Source: Squalus acanthias (taxonomy: Eukaryota). Taken from it: a stretch of 64,000 bases of DNA. Made by a program: the position numbers and the translations under genes. The notes beneath the pieces are model-generated. The model was not told the origin of the DNA. It saw nothing but the letters and a program-made list of their open reading frames with translations, and searched no databases. Each line of letters begins with the position of its first letter. The stretch's first letter is position 1. The DNA is taken from NCBI GenBank assembly GCA_030390025.1, contig CM059432.1:38814001-38878000 (forward strand), read 5' to 3'. Of this stretch, positions 24,770 to 38,554 are shown piece after piece.

Positions 24770-25672
24770 CTTGCAACAACAACAACTTATAGCACCTTTA
24801 ATGTAGCAAAATGTCACAAAGCACTTCACAGGAGCGTTATAAAGCAAAATTTGACACCGAGCCACAAGGAAATATTAGGGCAGATGAGGTAGGTTTTAAG
24901 GAGTGTCTTAAAGGAGGTAGAGAAGCAGAGAGGTTTAGGGAGGGAATTCCAGAGCTTAGGCCCTTGCAGCTGAAAGCACGGCCGCCAATAGTGGAGTAAT
25001 TGTTACTCACGAACAAGCCCTTTGCTATCCACAAACCTACTGTAGATGATTGTATTGATTGACTGAAATTCAGCTTTCAGGTGGTGGCACCTTGCCAAGC
25101 CTCCCCACCTGGCTATACTTTCCAGCACCCAGCACCTGCCCAAACTGCCAAGGTAGCAGTGTTGTCCTTATCAAGTCACCACTTGAACTCTCCCCTGCTA
25201 CTCTGGCGTCTTCACATTCTTCACACAAACTTGAGTTTATCTTCTGCTGAGACTCTCATCATGCCATTATTATCTCCAGACTCAACTATTCCAATGATCT
25301 CCTGGCTGACCTCCCGTCCTCCACTCTCTAAACTTCAGCTCATGCAAAGCTTTGTCTGTATCCTTTCCCATACCAAGTGCCTATCGCCCCTGTCCTCAGT
25401 GACCTCCCTTGGCTCCCATTCCCCAAAGCTTCAAATTTAAAATTCTTATCTTTGTGTTTAAATCCCTCCATGGTTTTACCCTTCCCAATCTCTGTAACCT
25501 TCTCCAACGCTATAAACCCCCTCAAACTCTCCATTCCTCTGACTCCAGCCTCTTATGCATTCCCCCTGCCCGCACCTAACCATTGGCTGCTATGTCTTCA
25601 GCCACTCTGGAATTCCCTCCTTAAACCTCTCTCGCCTCCATTTTCTCCTTTTAAGAGCCCCTTTAAACCTCA
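24770..25672. mobile_element. L2 fragments (minus about 24770-25000; plus about 25225-25672, with the tail resuming at about 27086-27225)
   Basis: TIGGRAFSC and PIAPVLSDLPWLP; caacaacaac tail. Confidence 0.75.
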
Positions 25673-27085
25673 CATAGAAACATAGAAGATAGGAGCAGGA
25701 GTAGGCCATTCGGCCCCTCGAGCCTGCTCCGCCATTCGATGAGATCATGGCTGATCATCCAAATTCAGTACCCTGTCCCTGCCTTCTCCCCATATCCCTT
25801 GATACCTTTAGCCTTACGAAATATCTAACTCCTTCTTGAATATATTTACTGACTTGGCCTCAACTGCCTTCTGTGGTAGAGAATTCTACAGGTTCACCAC
25901 TCTCTGGGTGAAGAAATTCCTCCTCATCTCTGTCCTAAATGGCTTACCCCTTATCTTTAGACTGTGACCTCTTGTTCTGGACTCACCCGCCATAGGGAAC
26001 ATCCTTCCTGCATCCAGTCTGTCTAGCCCTGTTAGAATTTTATAAGTTTCAATGAGATCTCCTCTCATTCTTCTAAACTCCAGCGAGTATAAGCCCAATC
26101 GACCCAATCTCTCCTTGTACGTCATTCCTGCCATCCCAGGTATCAGTCTGGTGAATCTTCGCTGCACTCCCTCCATGGCAAGAACATCCTTCCTCAGATA
26201 AGGCAACCAAAACTGCACACAATACTCAAGGTGTGGCCTCACCAAGGCCCTGTACAGCTGCAGCAAGACATCCTTGTTCCTGTACTCAAACCCTCTCGCT
26301 ACGAAGGCCAACATACCATTTGCCTTCTTAACCGCCTGCTGTACCTGCATGCTTACCTTCAGCGACTGGTGCACAAGGAAACCCAGGTCTCGTTGCACTT
26401 CCCCTTCCCCCAATCTATTGCCGTTCAGATAATAATCTGCCTTTCTGTTTTTGCCACCAAAGTGGATAACCTCTCATTTATCCACATTATACTGCATCTG
26501 CCATGCTTCTGCCCAATCACCCAACCTGTCCAAATCATACTGGAGTTTCTCGGCATCCTCCTCGCAGCACACACTCCCACCCAGCTTTATGTCATCTGCA
26601 AACTTGGAGATATCACATCTAGTTCCCTCGTCTAGATCATTAATATATATAGTGAATAGCTGGGGTCCTAGGACCGATCCCTGCGGAACCCCACTAGTCA
26701 CTGCCTGCCACTCGGAAAAAGACCCGTTTATTCCAACTCTTTGCTTCCTGTCTGCCAACCAGTTCTCTATCCAAGTCAGTACCTTGCCCCCAATCCCATG
26801 TGCCTTAACTTTACACGCTAATCTCTTATGCGGGACCTTATCGAAAGCCTTCTGAAAGTCCAAATACACCACATCCACTGGTTCTCCCTTATCTATTCTA
26901 TCAGTTACATCCTCAAAAAATTCCAGTAGATTAGTCAAGCATGATTTACCTTTTGTAAATCCATGTTGACTTTGTCCAATCCTGCCATTGTTTTCCAAGT
27001 GCTCTGCTATTACATCTTTTATAATGGACTCTAGCATTATCCCCACAACCGATGTCAGACTATAATTCCCCGTTTTTTCTTTACC
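25673..27085 (-). mobile_element. CR1 RT/3' fragment inserted in L2
   Basis: [33 protein letters not shown] and KFADD; catagaaacatagaa tail. Confidence 0.93.
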
Positions 27086-27571
27086 ACCACATGTTTGAGC
27101 AAGTTTTTAGTCACCCCTCCTAATATCTCTTGGGCTCGATGTACGTTTTTTCCTTACTGCTCTGTGAAATGCCTTGTGACATTTTCCTATGTTAAAGGAG
27201 AAATATAAATGTAAGTTGCTGGTTGTCTTGTTGGTAGCAATAGTAGTATTAGTGTTAAATCCATACAATAATCCTGCATTACTTACTGGATATTACAAAA
27301 GCCTAGATAAGTATCAATTATAAGATCATCATTTTGTTTAAAGCTACAAAAAATGTTGAGATTAACTTAATAAAAACTTGTTTCTTTGCAATGTTAAGTA
27401 TGTAAGGACGGTGTTCATTGTACTAAATAATTAGATATATAGTATGTTCCATAATATCCCATGAAATTTTATACAATCCAAATATGTATGCAAAATATAG
27501 TAAATATTTGGTGACGTATAGATGTTTTAAGTCTTTCAAGACAACATATATGGATTTTCCTTTTATTTTAG

Positions 27572-27719
27572 AATACGGTACCTGCAATCTAAGGAATTCA
27601 GCAAAGGAGCCATTTCAAGGATGGTGTCAGGAGCTCCTTATTTGTTAAATTTTAGCGTGGAAAGACTGGACAACAGGCTAGGGTTCTACCAGAAAGAACT
27701 GGGGCTAAATATGCAAAAG
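27572..27719 (+). CDS. MTERF3: MTERF3 coding exon 4 (148 nt)
   Basis: Encodes [49 protein letters not shown]; tttag| and |gtaatg. Confidence 0.96.
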
Positions 27720-28009
27720 GTAATGCCGTATAATTAATTGAATACCGTGAATGTAGAGTTCTCATGAGCTGCACGTGGTGAGACCTGACATTGTGGGCTG
27801 AGGAGACCTTATATAATTGCTGTCTGTGTATGCCAGTCATGAACCCAGAATAACTCTACCTCAGTGCCACTTATCCTGTCTTTGATCATTACGATCAGTC
27901 ACCAATGTTAGGCATGGCATGAGACTGTTAGTTGGAATGGTCAATTAATGGAGAGTCTAGTTTTTAAAGTGGTGCTTAATTACTTGGGCATTTATAAAAA
28001 AAGGAAAAA

Positions 28010-28430
28010 CTTGTACTTATTTGGCACCTTACCTTGTCTCAAAGCACTTCACATGAAATGACTTGCTTTGAAGTGCAGCCACTTTTGTACACAGCAAAGA
28101 TACCACAAAGAGTAACGCGATGGATATTAATTAATCTGGTTTTAATGGTCTTGGTTGAGGAATGAATGTTGACCAGTGCACTAGACGAGTTCTCTGCTAG
28201 TCACAAATTGTACCATGGAATCTTTAAAATCCACCTAAATTACTAAAACAAGAAAACTGGGCCTCAGTTTAATGCCTCACCGAAGAATGGCATCTCCGAC
28301 AATGTAGGGCTTTCTTGGTACTGCACTGGAGTACCAGCCTAGATTGTGTGCTTAAATTGTGGAATATACCTTGAACTCACGAATGTCTGAATCCCAAGGT
28401 GAGAGTGCTATAAACTGAGCCTAACTAGAT
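28010..28430 (-). mobile_element. Diverged tRNA/Deu-domain SINE
   Basis: Colinear with the 48560-49000 copy (gcactggagt, gagagtgcta...ctgagc). Confidence 0.65.
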
Positions 28431-29314
28431 TGTCAGAAGTATGATTTATATGAGACAAGTGTATGTTTTTGTTGAGACTGCAGATCCCCTTGTGATGTGA
28501 ATAGTTGGCATTAGTACAAAGGCAAAGATATGCTGCTTCTATTATTGGAGAGATTGATTCTCAGAGAGAAAAAAATCCCTTTTACACTGAAACAGGATTC
28601 CTGCTGAAATTCTGTTAAGCGTCCTTGGTGAATCATTTATTAATCTACACAAAAATGTCTGAGCTTTAGCTGTTTAACTACTCCCTGAAGATCACCTCCA
28701 TTAGTAAAAAAAAATGCCGAGATGTCTTTCTCCCCTCTCCTTCCTATGAAATGCATCTGGCTGAAAAGGTTACCAGGCAACTTTCGATGCCATCTTAATG
28801 CATGAGAGCAACCTAGGGGTGAATACTAATTCCCCCCTCTGGAGAATTCAAGGCATCCCCCAGCACGGCTGAGAGGAATTCACCATGTGGATTTCACATG
28901 GATGTGAAATCACCACGTGAGGTTTCCTGGATATGAAATTACACCCAATTGTTGTGGCTCAGCAGGTTGGAACTGCAGAGCAAGAAGCTCTTATTTTTTT
29001 TAAATTGTTGAGCAATCTATGATCCTACTGTCTATTTATATTACTACAGCATAATTTAATATTGATTTAGAGTAAATATGCTGGTAATGAAGTGATGACT
29101 CTTTTTGCTATATTGTGGTTAAAGCAAAGTAGATTTGAACCTTATTGCAAGCTCACTCTTCAGTGAATCTGTCATATATTGAAACACCTTTTAAGTTGAA
29201 ATGAAATTATGACCGTTCTTCATCAGCGCCGCTGTTTGCTTCAATTGCATGAGGAAATGTAGATGGTATTTTTATTTATTTGCCAAAACAATAACAGCTG
29301 CATTCTTTGTGATA

Positions 29315-29560
29315 ACAACAACTACATAGCACCTTTAACGTCGTAAAACATCCCAGGGTGCTTTACAGGAGTGTTTTCAAACAAAATTTGACACCGAGCC
29401 ACATAAAGAGATATTACGATAGGTAAACAAAAGCTTGGCCATGAGAGAGAGGGAGGCGGAGAGGTTTAGAGGAGAAATTCCAGAGCTTGGGACGTAGGCA
29501 GAAAATGGTGGAACGATGAAAATCAGGGATGTGCAAGAGGCCAGAATTAGAGGAGCCACG
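29315..29560 (-). mobile_element. L2 3' fragment
   Basis: aacaacaac tail; ttgacaccgagccacata. Confidence 0.75.
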
Positions 29561-29619
29561 ACTCAACTCAATAGACTTCAGCAGAGCTTCTCTGGGAGCG
29601 CATAGAAAACTTGTACTGG

Positions 29620-29910
29620 AGGAAAAGCAGAAAATGCTGGAAACACTCAGCAGGCGTTATTTTGGAGTGATTTGTAGTGAACTGATCGGAGTAAATTAGA
29701 TTTCCAAAATTGGAGGTGATCTATAGCAAGACTTTAAGTGATGAGAAATTCATTGACCATTAATTCTAAAATGAAAGCAAACTGCTGGAAATGCACAGCA
29801 GGTCCTTCATCGCCAGATAACAGAAATAATGGGTCTCTACTCAAAACATTAACCTTTCACCAGATTGGGTTCTGACGATAGGTCTCTACTTGAATAGATA
29901 GCCTCTGAAA
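29620..29910. mobile_element. Decayed Penelope-derived short repeats
   Basis: aaaagcagaaaatgctggaaacactcagcagg motifs and a decayed ctgacga..gtctc..gaa motif. Confidence 0.4.
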
Positions 29911-29985
29911 GCAAAGAGAGATGTTATCTATTTCTGTCAATTTCCACATTTAATGTGAGTGTGTGTGTGTCTTATTTTCTCCTAG

Positions 29986-30057
29986 ACTCGTGATCTGGTC
30001 ACTCGTCTCCCCAAATTGTTAACGGGCAGCTTGGAGCCAATAAAAGAAAATCTCAAA
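29986..30057 (+). CDS. MTERF3: MTERF3 coding exon 5 (72 nt)
   Basis: Encodes [24 protein letters not shown]; cctag| and |gtaggt. Confidence 0.96.
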
Positions 30058-30899
30058 GTAGGTGAAGCAGCAATAATTTTCCCTGGAAAGTATTTATAAG
30101 ACGCCACGCATCTCTTGTGTCATTCTCTCAAAAGTGTGTGATCCTCTGAGCAAGCCACTTGGTATCGTGGCTATTTTTCCCCACGTATGCAGGACGTAAC
30201 ACAATTACTGCTGATTTTGCTGGAAGAAATGGCATTGCCATTCAAACAACACTTTTTTTCCCTCTTGGTCATGTTATATTTCAGTTAGGATCCCCCCAAC
30301 GCAGTCACCGCTAATTCTCAAGGTGCTCAAGGTGCCATCGACTTCGTGCTTCCTCCAGCCAGTTCTTGCTGACCATTAAATTTCAAGCACTTTCCCAGTT
30401 GGTACAACTTCCAACAAAATGTAAAAGAAAAATAAACTGCAAATGATTCAGTGATCCATACCAGATAACCAGGTACCAGTTTTCATCCCTGGTCTGTGCT
30501 AAGTTAGCCAGGGTGGCACTGGGATTGCTGCAGTTTGTATCAGCATGCATAGGCTGGAGAAAGGAAAGTCGACCAGCGTTTTCCCCTGGTTGCAATCCAT
30601 TGCTGGAGAGTGCGTGGGTGTACATACATGGACATTGAATGAGGACACACTCCATTGTAATGCCCCTCTTTTCTTCCCCAACAGTTGAAGAGCCTGCTTA
30701 TTCTCACTGTCTAGACTTGCTAGTCAAGAATGGCTTAACCGACGGTCACACAATGCAATTCTCAAAGGAAAGGCTTTGAGCTCGAGTCCAGACAAGCTGG
30801 CTGGGTGAGCTGCACAAGGTGCAAGATGCTCAGGAAAGCACAATGGGATATCTATGGTTTTAATTGTTTATATAGCTGGAACCATCACAATCAATCATT

Positions 30900-31925
30900 T
30901 AAGGGAAGGTCATGTCAGACTAACTTGATTGAATTTTTTGAGGAGGTAACAAGGAGGGTTGATGAGGTTAGCGTCTTTGATGTAGTCTACATGGATTTTA
31001 GCAGGGCTTTTGACAAGGTCCCACATGGCAGACTGGTCAGAAAAGTAAAAGCCCATGGGGTCCAAGGGAAAGTGGCAAGTTAGATCCAAAATTAGCTCAG
31101 TGGCAGGAAGCAAAGGGTAATGGTCGACGAGTGTTTTTGTGACTGGAAAGCTGTTTCCAGTGGGGTTCTGCAGGACTCAGTACTAGGTCCCTTGCTTTTT
31201 GTGGCATATATCAATGATTTAGACTTCAATGTAGGGGGCATGATTAAGAAGTTTGCAGATGATACAAAAATTGGCAGTGTGGTTGATAGTGAGGAAGAAA
31301 GCTGTAGACTGCAGGAAGATATCAATGGACTGGTCAGGTGGGCAGAAAAGTGGCAAATGGAATTCAATCCGGAGAAGTGTGAGGTAATGCATTTGGAGAG
31401 GGCTAACAAGGCAAGGGAATACACAATAAATGTTAGGATACTGAGAAGTGCAGAAGAACAGAGAGACCTTGGAGTGCATGTCCTCAGATCCCTGAAGGTC
31501 GCAGGACGGGTAGATAAGGTAGTTAAGAAGGCATACAGGATACTTTCCTTTATTAGCCGAGGCATAGAATATAAGAGCAGGGAGGTTATGCTAGAACTGT
31601 ATAAAACACTAGTTAGACCACAGCTAGAGTACTGTGTACAGTTCTGGTCATCACATTACAGGAAAGATGTGATTACACTAGAGAGGGTACAGAGGAGATT
31701 ACAAGGATATTGCCAGGACTGGAGAATTTTAGCTATGAGGAAAGATTGGATAGGCTAGGGTTGTTTTCTTTGGAACAGAGGAGGCTGAGGGGAGACTTAA
31801 TTGAGGTGTATAAAATTATGAGGGGCCTAGATAGAGTGGATAGGAATTACCTATTTCCCTTAGCAGAGAGGTCAATAACCGGGGGCATAGATTTAAAGTA
31901 ATTGGCAGAAGGATTAGAGGGGAGT
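30900..31925 (+). mobile_element. CR1 RT fragment
   Basis: [23 protein letters not shown] and [13 protein letters not shown]. Confidence 0.92.
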
Positions 31926-32194
31926 TGATAATTGTGTCACATTTCAGGATTTTTAAAAACTATTTTCCCTCACAGAGGATTTGGAAAGAGTTAGATTTAA
32001 TTGTGATTTAAAGCATAGTATGTTCCAAAAAGAGGCATTAAAATGATACATGGGTAATATGGTAATATTCCCCCCCCCCCCCCCTCCCAACGAAACAATA
32101 AGCAATATGTTCACTTGTCTTGGTAATTAATAAATACGTCACCCATTGTGTTGGGATGGTGCTGGTCCTGGACACTCATCAGAGGGTCTGGGAA

Positions 32195-32261
32195 GCCTTC
32201 CCTCCTGGCGGTGGGCACAGGCCTTCCCTCCCGGCGGTGGGCACAGGCCTTCCCTCCCGGC
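32195..32261 (+). repeat. 26-bp tandem repeat, about 2.6 copies
   Basis: Unit GCCTTCCCTCC(T/C)GGCGGTGGGCACAG. Confidence 0.85.
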
Positions 32262-32784
32262 TGTGAACTTAGGAAGAAAGGAAAAACCAGAGAGCGATAG
32301 GGGCAGTCAGTTCCAGCAAAGACTGAGGTCAGTAAGGCTTTTTTTTAAACAGAAAGCTGCAAGAGGTAGTCAAGCCTAGCAAAGGCTGTGTGAAGATTAG
32401 AATACTGGGAAGTAGTTATAAATTATTTTGTTTTAAGTCAAGCCAAATGCCTGCTCATGTGGAGAAGTGTAGCATGTTCATGATACTATTACGCAAAGAC
32501 AAATTGTACTGAGTGAACGACCAAATATCCAATGCAGATCACAAGGGGGATATGGTTGCTAGACCCCTTGGTTACATTATCGTGTAGCTGGATATTGGGC
32601 AATAAGGGCACGCCCTCAAACATAAAATGCTCAGACTGCTTACTGGCACTGCTGCACCATAGAGGATGTCTATGGCAAGACCTGTAATATGTAACCAGTG
32701 GCTATTGTTTTTGCAAACTCTCATGCTATAACTTCACAATATAGCCACCAGGGGGTGTGTGAAGACGCTTTCTCTCACTGCTTA

Positions 32785-34230
32785 GGAAGATAGGAACAGT
32801 AGTAGGCTGTTGAGCCCCTCGAGCCGATTCCTCCATTCAATGACCTAACTCTATATACCCGCCTTTGCCCCATATCCCTTAATATCTTTGGTTAAAAGAA
32901 AACTATCAATCTCAGATTTAAAATTAACAATTGACTTAGCATCAACTGCCATTTGTGGAAGAGAGTTCCAAACTTCTACCACCCTTTGCGTGTAGAAGTG
33001 TTTCCTAACTTCAATCTGAAAGGCCTGGCTCTAATTTTTAGCCTATGTCCCCTAGTCCTAGATTCCCCATATAGTTTCTCTCTATCTACCCTATCAGTTC
33101 ACTACTCTGTCGCCATCATGTTTTTCCTTAACCTTGTAGAAGATAAGTATTAATGCTTTTCTATACAATTTAAGTGCTATTTTTTTCTTTTATAAAAGTA
33201 TTTACTTTCAAAGTTTTATTTATATTACTTGAACATTATGCCTTTGTTGGGCTGTCCCGCTTTCTCCTTTTACAACCTGTTGCTTAGCCACTCAGGTTTT
33301 ACAAATTTTCAAATTTCTCTCTGGCACACGCACATAAGAACATAAGAAATAAGAGCAGGAGTAGGCCATACGGCCCCTCGCGCCTGCTCCGCCATTCAAT
33401 AAGATCATGGCTGATCATCGACCTCAACTCCACTTTCCCGCTCGATCTCCATATCCCTTGATTCCCCTAGAGTCCAAAAATCTATCTATCTCAGCCTTGA
33501 ATATCCTCAAAGACTGAGCATTCACAGCCCTCTGGGGCAGAGAATTCCAAAGATTCACAACCCTCTGAGTGAAGAAATTCCTCCTCATCTCAGTCTTAAA
33601 TGGCCTACTCCTTATCCTGAGACTATGCCCCCTAGTTCTAGACACTCCAGTCAGGGGAAACAACCTCTCAGCATCTACCCTGTCAATCCCCTTCAGAATC
33701 TTGTATGTTTCAATGAGATCACCTCTCATTCTTCTAAACTCCAGCGAGTATAGGCCCATTCTACACAATCTCTCATCATAGGACTGCCCTCTCATCCCAG
33801 GAATCAATCTAGTGAACCTTCGTTGCACCGCCTCCCAGGCAAGTATATCCTTCCTTCGATAAGGAGACCAAAACTGTGCACAGTACTCCAGGTGTGGTCT
33901 CACCAAGGCCCTGTACAATTGTAGCAAGACTTCCTCACTCTTATACTCCAACCTCCTTGCAATAAAGGCCAACATGCCATTTGCCTTCCTTACTGCTTGC
34001 TGTACCTGCATGCTAGCTTTCTGTGTTTCTTGCACGAGGACACCCAAATCTCTCTGAACACCAACATTTGAAAGTTTCTCACCATTTAAAAAATATTCTG
34101 TTTTTCTATTCTTCCTACCAAAGTGAATAACCTCACATGTCCCTACATTATACTCCATCTGCCACCTTACTGCCCACTCTAGTCTATCTATATCCCTTTG
34201 CAGACTCTTCGTGTTCTCCTCACAGCTTAC
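32785..34230 (-). mobile_element. Two CR1 3' fragments (about 32785-33100 and 33333-34230)
   Basis: 244-aa RT C-terminal ORF 33424-34158; CR1 tails. Confidence 0.9.
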
Positions 34231-34679
34231 ACACTCTCACTCGTGCTCGCTCCCTCCCTGCCCATCTCTCTCCTTCCCCAACCCAGTGACTCCACTGCCC
34301 AGCCCCTCAGTTGCTCCCTGCTACACTGTGCCTCACAGCTGCAGCTCCCATTGCCATCTCCGCATCCGCATGCTTCTGGAGTCCATTAAATACAGGGGTG
34401 AGGGTTTTCACTCTTATCTGTGGACTCGGAAGCTGTCCCATTCCACACCTGTAGTTATATGTAGACGAGGCATTTAATGGAGTGTAATCCCGCAGCCAAG
34501 AATTAGAAACTCCAAGACAGACACACCATCATTCAGTTGGCACTGGTCATACTTTGTGTGGATCTTCGGTCACTGGCTCCTTCTCCCAGCTACTACTTTC
34601 CTGGTGGTCTCCCGTCCCCCACAACCTTCAGTTCATCTGAAACTGCTGCCCATGTCCTGTCACGCTCACCCATCAGCCA

Positions 34680-35650
34680 TGTCCTTAGCAAAACTGAGGT
34701 CAATTGGAAAAGCCTCCAGTGGCTGGAATCCTACTTGACACGCAGGAAGATGTTCTTGGTTTCGGAGGCCAATTATCACAACCCCGGGGACATGCTGCCA
34801 AAGTTCTTCAGGGCAACGTCCTTGTCCCAACCATATTTAGCTGCTTCAATAATGACGACCTCTATGTCATAAAGTCAGGAGTGGGATTGTCCACCAATGA
34901 AACTACAGTGTGTGCACTTCATTCACAACTCCTCCAATAATGGAGCAGAACCTGAACAACATCCAGGCGTAGTCTGACAAGTGGCAAGTAACATTTGTGC
35001 CATAAGTGTCAGGCAATAACCTATCTCCAACAAGAAAACGCCTAACCACTTCTCCGTGATCTTCAGTGGCACCACTTCTGCCAAGGCCCCACCATCAACA
35101 TCTTGCAGACAGAGGATGGGTAGTCTGCGGCAAATGGCTCACCTGATCCTTCACTTCTTTTCCCCAATCTGCAAAGTTCAGTTGAGAAGTGTGATGAGTG
35201 CAGACACAACATCTTTTAAGAAGCTTTACACTAGCCAGGAAATCGCATTCAGCTTCATTAGTGCCTCTGTCACTGAACTCAGTATTCACCTCTCCACCAA
35301 CAGTGGACTTTGGCTGTAGTATGTACTATATTCAGGATACACTGCAGCAACTCAACAAACGTATTTCAGCAGCACCTCCCAGGCCTGCAACCTCTACCAC
35401 TGAGCAGGACAAGAGCAGTAACGTTGTGGGTGCATCACCAGCTGCAAGTTTCCCTTCAAGTCACGCACCATCCTGACTTGGACATTTATCACCATCACCA
35501 TTCCTTCATCATCAGTGGCTCATAATCCTGGAACTCCCTACCTAATATCATTGTGGGAGCACTATAATCACAAGATCTGAAGAAGTTTAAGAAGTCTTGC
35601 CACCATTTTCTCGGGGCAAACACGGATTGGCAATAAATGCAGTCATGCCA
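34680..35650 (+). mobile_element. Degenerate LINE of the same family as 42437-44325
   Basis: QGNVLVPTIFSCFNND and AVVCTIFRIHCSNS..QQHLP. Confidence 0.75.
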
Positions 35651-35858
35651 ATCTCATTGCATATTTGTTGTACAGTCCCCTTCTTATTTATATGGAAAGC
35701 AAGTCTATTTGCCAGTTACATGACATGTATAGCTTAAAATGGAACCTGTTTAGCTTTGACTGTTTTATGTAATAGCTGCAGTAGCTAATTTTCCATCTAG
35801 TTATTTATCAGTTCTATCATTGCAAACCTCTCACTCAGGCAACTTCATTGTTTTCTAG

Positions 35859-36020
35859 GTTTGCCGGATTGAGTTAGGGTTTCGTCATAATGAAATCCAG
35901 CACATGGTAACCAGCGTCCCCAAACTCCTCCTCTTTAGTAAGAAAAAAGTGACTGGACTGTTTGATTACTTGCACAATACTATGGGTATCCCTCACCACC
36001 TGATTACAAAATTTCCTCAG
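35859..36020 (+). CDS. MTERF3: MTERF3 coding exon 6 (162 nt)
   Basis: Encodes [54 protein letters not shown]; tctag| and |gtaaat. Confidence 0.96.
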
Positions 36021-37546
36021 GTAAATAGAGATGTTTACTTCACCTTTTTACATTAAATGTACTGTATCCTAATCTTAACATTATTTAAATTGTTGTGGGA
36101 TCTTTACTGATTTATTAGTATTGTTTCCTTTTTATACAATGAGATGATTTTAAAACTAAAACTGCATTATCACAAAATGTTTGCATTGCATTGTACCAAA
36201 ACAAAAAGTCTTAGAAATTAGTCACCCTATACAGTATCTCATTTGATGCTGTGCAAAATGACTGTCATAGAAAACGTGATGTTTTATTACATTTTATTTT
36301 ACAAATTTTTATAACGGTAGTGATGGAGTACAGGAAGAAATGAGCAAACTACCCAAGAACAGCCTAGCATTACTGCGGAAATCAATCGGGTTAAGGGGCA
36401 GAGTCACCTTCTAAAACTTTCCCAAGCAGAAAACTATTGCTTTTTACGGATTTTTTTTTTTCTTCACTGCATCTTTTATTGGTGTCTGTGTTTGTACACA
36501 ATCCATGTTTGAGGGATTAGGTGGGTGACCTGGTCCTAGGTGGCCACCATTTCCTCTTTGCCTGGACTTGTGTGCAATAGTGACGCAGGAATGACTTTTA
36601 TTTCCTTTTTTCTCCTCCCCTCCCCCCCCCCCCCCCCCCCCCCCCCCCGTCCCCAATGTGTTCCAACATGTCATATACCACCACCATCAATTCCCCAATC
36701 ATCAGCCAGTTCCTGTCTTTATGTTCTTGCCTTAAAGAGTTTTAAGTGTAAATTTTCTGCTTGTCAAAATTAATAAATGGAAAATCATGGAGTGGAGGTG
36801 CGTAATTTCCTGATGTGCACTCCTGGTGTTTGCTGACTATTCGCCTTTAATGAACATAAATTTCCATAACCAAAACAAATTGCTCCATAAAATGCTCATT
36901 ATTTATGTAATATCCAAGTTTTAAATATATTTTAAAAGCTATTAGTCTCAAAAAATGGTTCAGCAGAGATTTTCAATTAGATATATGCAACCAAATGTGG
37001 TTGACTAAAAGAAAAATTAATTTTCTGTAAACAATCTTTTTTCTCTCTAACCATCAACAAAGAACCGCAATAACATCTGTTACTGTTGACAAATGAACCT
37101 CTAATTTTACAAAAGGAGTTTATAACAAATGCACAATTGTAATATATTTATGTAAATTCATCACTTTCCTGAAACGAAAGCTCTCAGAATTCAATCTCCA
37201 GTTTCCTTCCCAGTCTTTTGGGAAAAAAACAAAAAAACTCTCAAAACCTCACAGGGTGAAGGGACACGTTCTCATTACCATTAACATCATAGCGCTACCT
37301 ACACTAGTATAGGTACTTTATAATAAGTTTTCAATTAAATATTTCATATACTAAATTTAATATAGATAGCTTTTCTTGTCACATCTTGTCTAACTGAAGA
37401 CTTGAGTATTCTTGTTGGGTACTACCCTTTTGACTTTGTTAATTATGAAAGAATTTGGGTTTAAACTATCTAGAAACTTTCTTATAACTGTATATCTTGT
37501 GAATTAACTTTCTGCACTAAATAAAGGCTTCTTGTTTCTGCCCTAG

Positions 37547-37741
37547 GTTTTCAATGCAAAGTTTCTAAGAATAAAAGACAGACACTTGTTTCTTGAACAC
37601 TTGGGACGAGCCCAATATGATCCATCTCAGCCGAACTATATCTCCCTGGATAAACTGGTTGCAACCCCTGATGATGTATTCTGCATAGAGATAGCAAAAG
37701 GCACACTGCTGGACTTTGAGGCATTCCAAAAGACACTTTAG
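37547..37741 (+). CDS. MTERF3: MTERF3 last coding exon (195 nt including TAG)
   Basis: Encodes [64 protein letters not shown]. The total CDS is 1242 nt with no internal stops. Confidence 0.96.
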   Translation, partial: VFNAKFLRIKDRHLFLEHLGRAQYDPSQPNYISLDKLVATPDDVFCIEIAKGTLLDFEAFQKTL

Positions 37742-38519
37742 GTTTCTTCAAATGGTTTCAATATATAGTGATTTACAAAAGGAATAAGTAGATGTAGGGT
37801 GATGAATATTTTTCCTGTACACCCAATAACTGCATAAACTACTTCCAGACCAGCTGTAGTTTGCTCAGCAGTAATGCCAGAAGTATCTGAAAATGCATCC
37901 AAAAAATTCATTTTCACCTGTAAAGCTTCTCTGAATAAGACTGTAGATTTTGGCTGCGGTTTTATACGTTGTGAATCAATGCTCACTGGGAAATGGATTT
38001 AAACTTCCCAAAACTAATTTCTCTTGTCAATAATTGCCAGAAAGCTGCCACCTTTATCCCCTCTGTTTCAGCAGATTGAATCCAGGGCCAGGAGGTGAAT
38101 ACTCCACACACTGCCACACATTCACTAAGAATACTTTAATGACAACTGGACTAAGGAAGGCTCCTTACAATGTTGATTACATTATGTAAATTCTTTTGAG
38201 TTTCACCATGTTTAGATGTAAGAATTTTGTTGATGTAGACAGACATTCATCTCCGTGAAACTATGCAACATTGCTTGGCTCAAGCTATGCTTAGATGAAC
38301 CCTGAATGTAGATAGACTGTAACTGTACAAGTATTAGCCTAAATTCTCTTTATACTGCAGTATTGTGCAAATCTGGCTTGCAATCCACCCAACAGTAAGC
38401 TACTGCTGGAAGTACACAGCAGCTCTGTCAGCATCTGTAGAGATTGTGACAGACCTGTGTATTTCCAATTACTATTTTTTTGTTTCAGAATCAGCATTTG
38501 AGGGTTTTTTCTTTTTATT

Positions 38520-38525
38520 AATAAA
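38520..38525 (+). terminator. Candidate MTERF3 polyadenylation signal
   Basis: AATAAA about 780 nt after the stop, just before an L2 element begins. Confidence 0.5.
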
Positions 38526-38554
38526 CTACTGTTTGAAATATTTTACTATGCAAT

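Noticed and set aside
28880..28921. Hairpin GATTTCACAT-GG-ATGTGAAATC as a pre-miRNA
   Set aside because: The stem is short and the loop is only 2 nt; there is no supporting context.
36622..36648. Long poly-C run (also at 32069-32084)
   Set aside because: Simple homopolymer of uncertain assembled length; the poly-Pro/poly-Gly ORFs over it are incidental.
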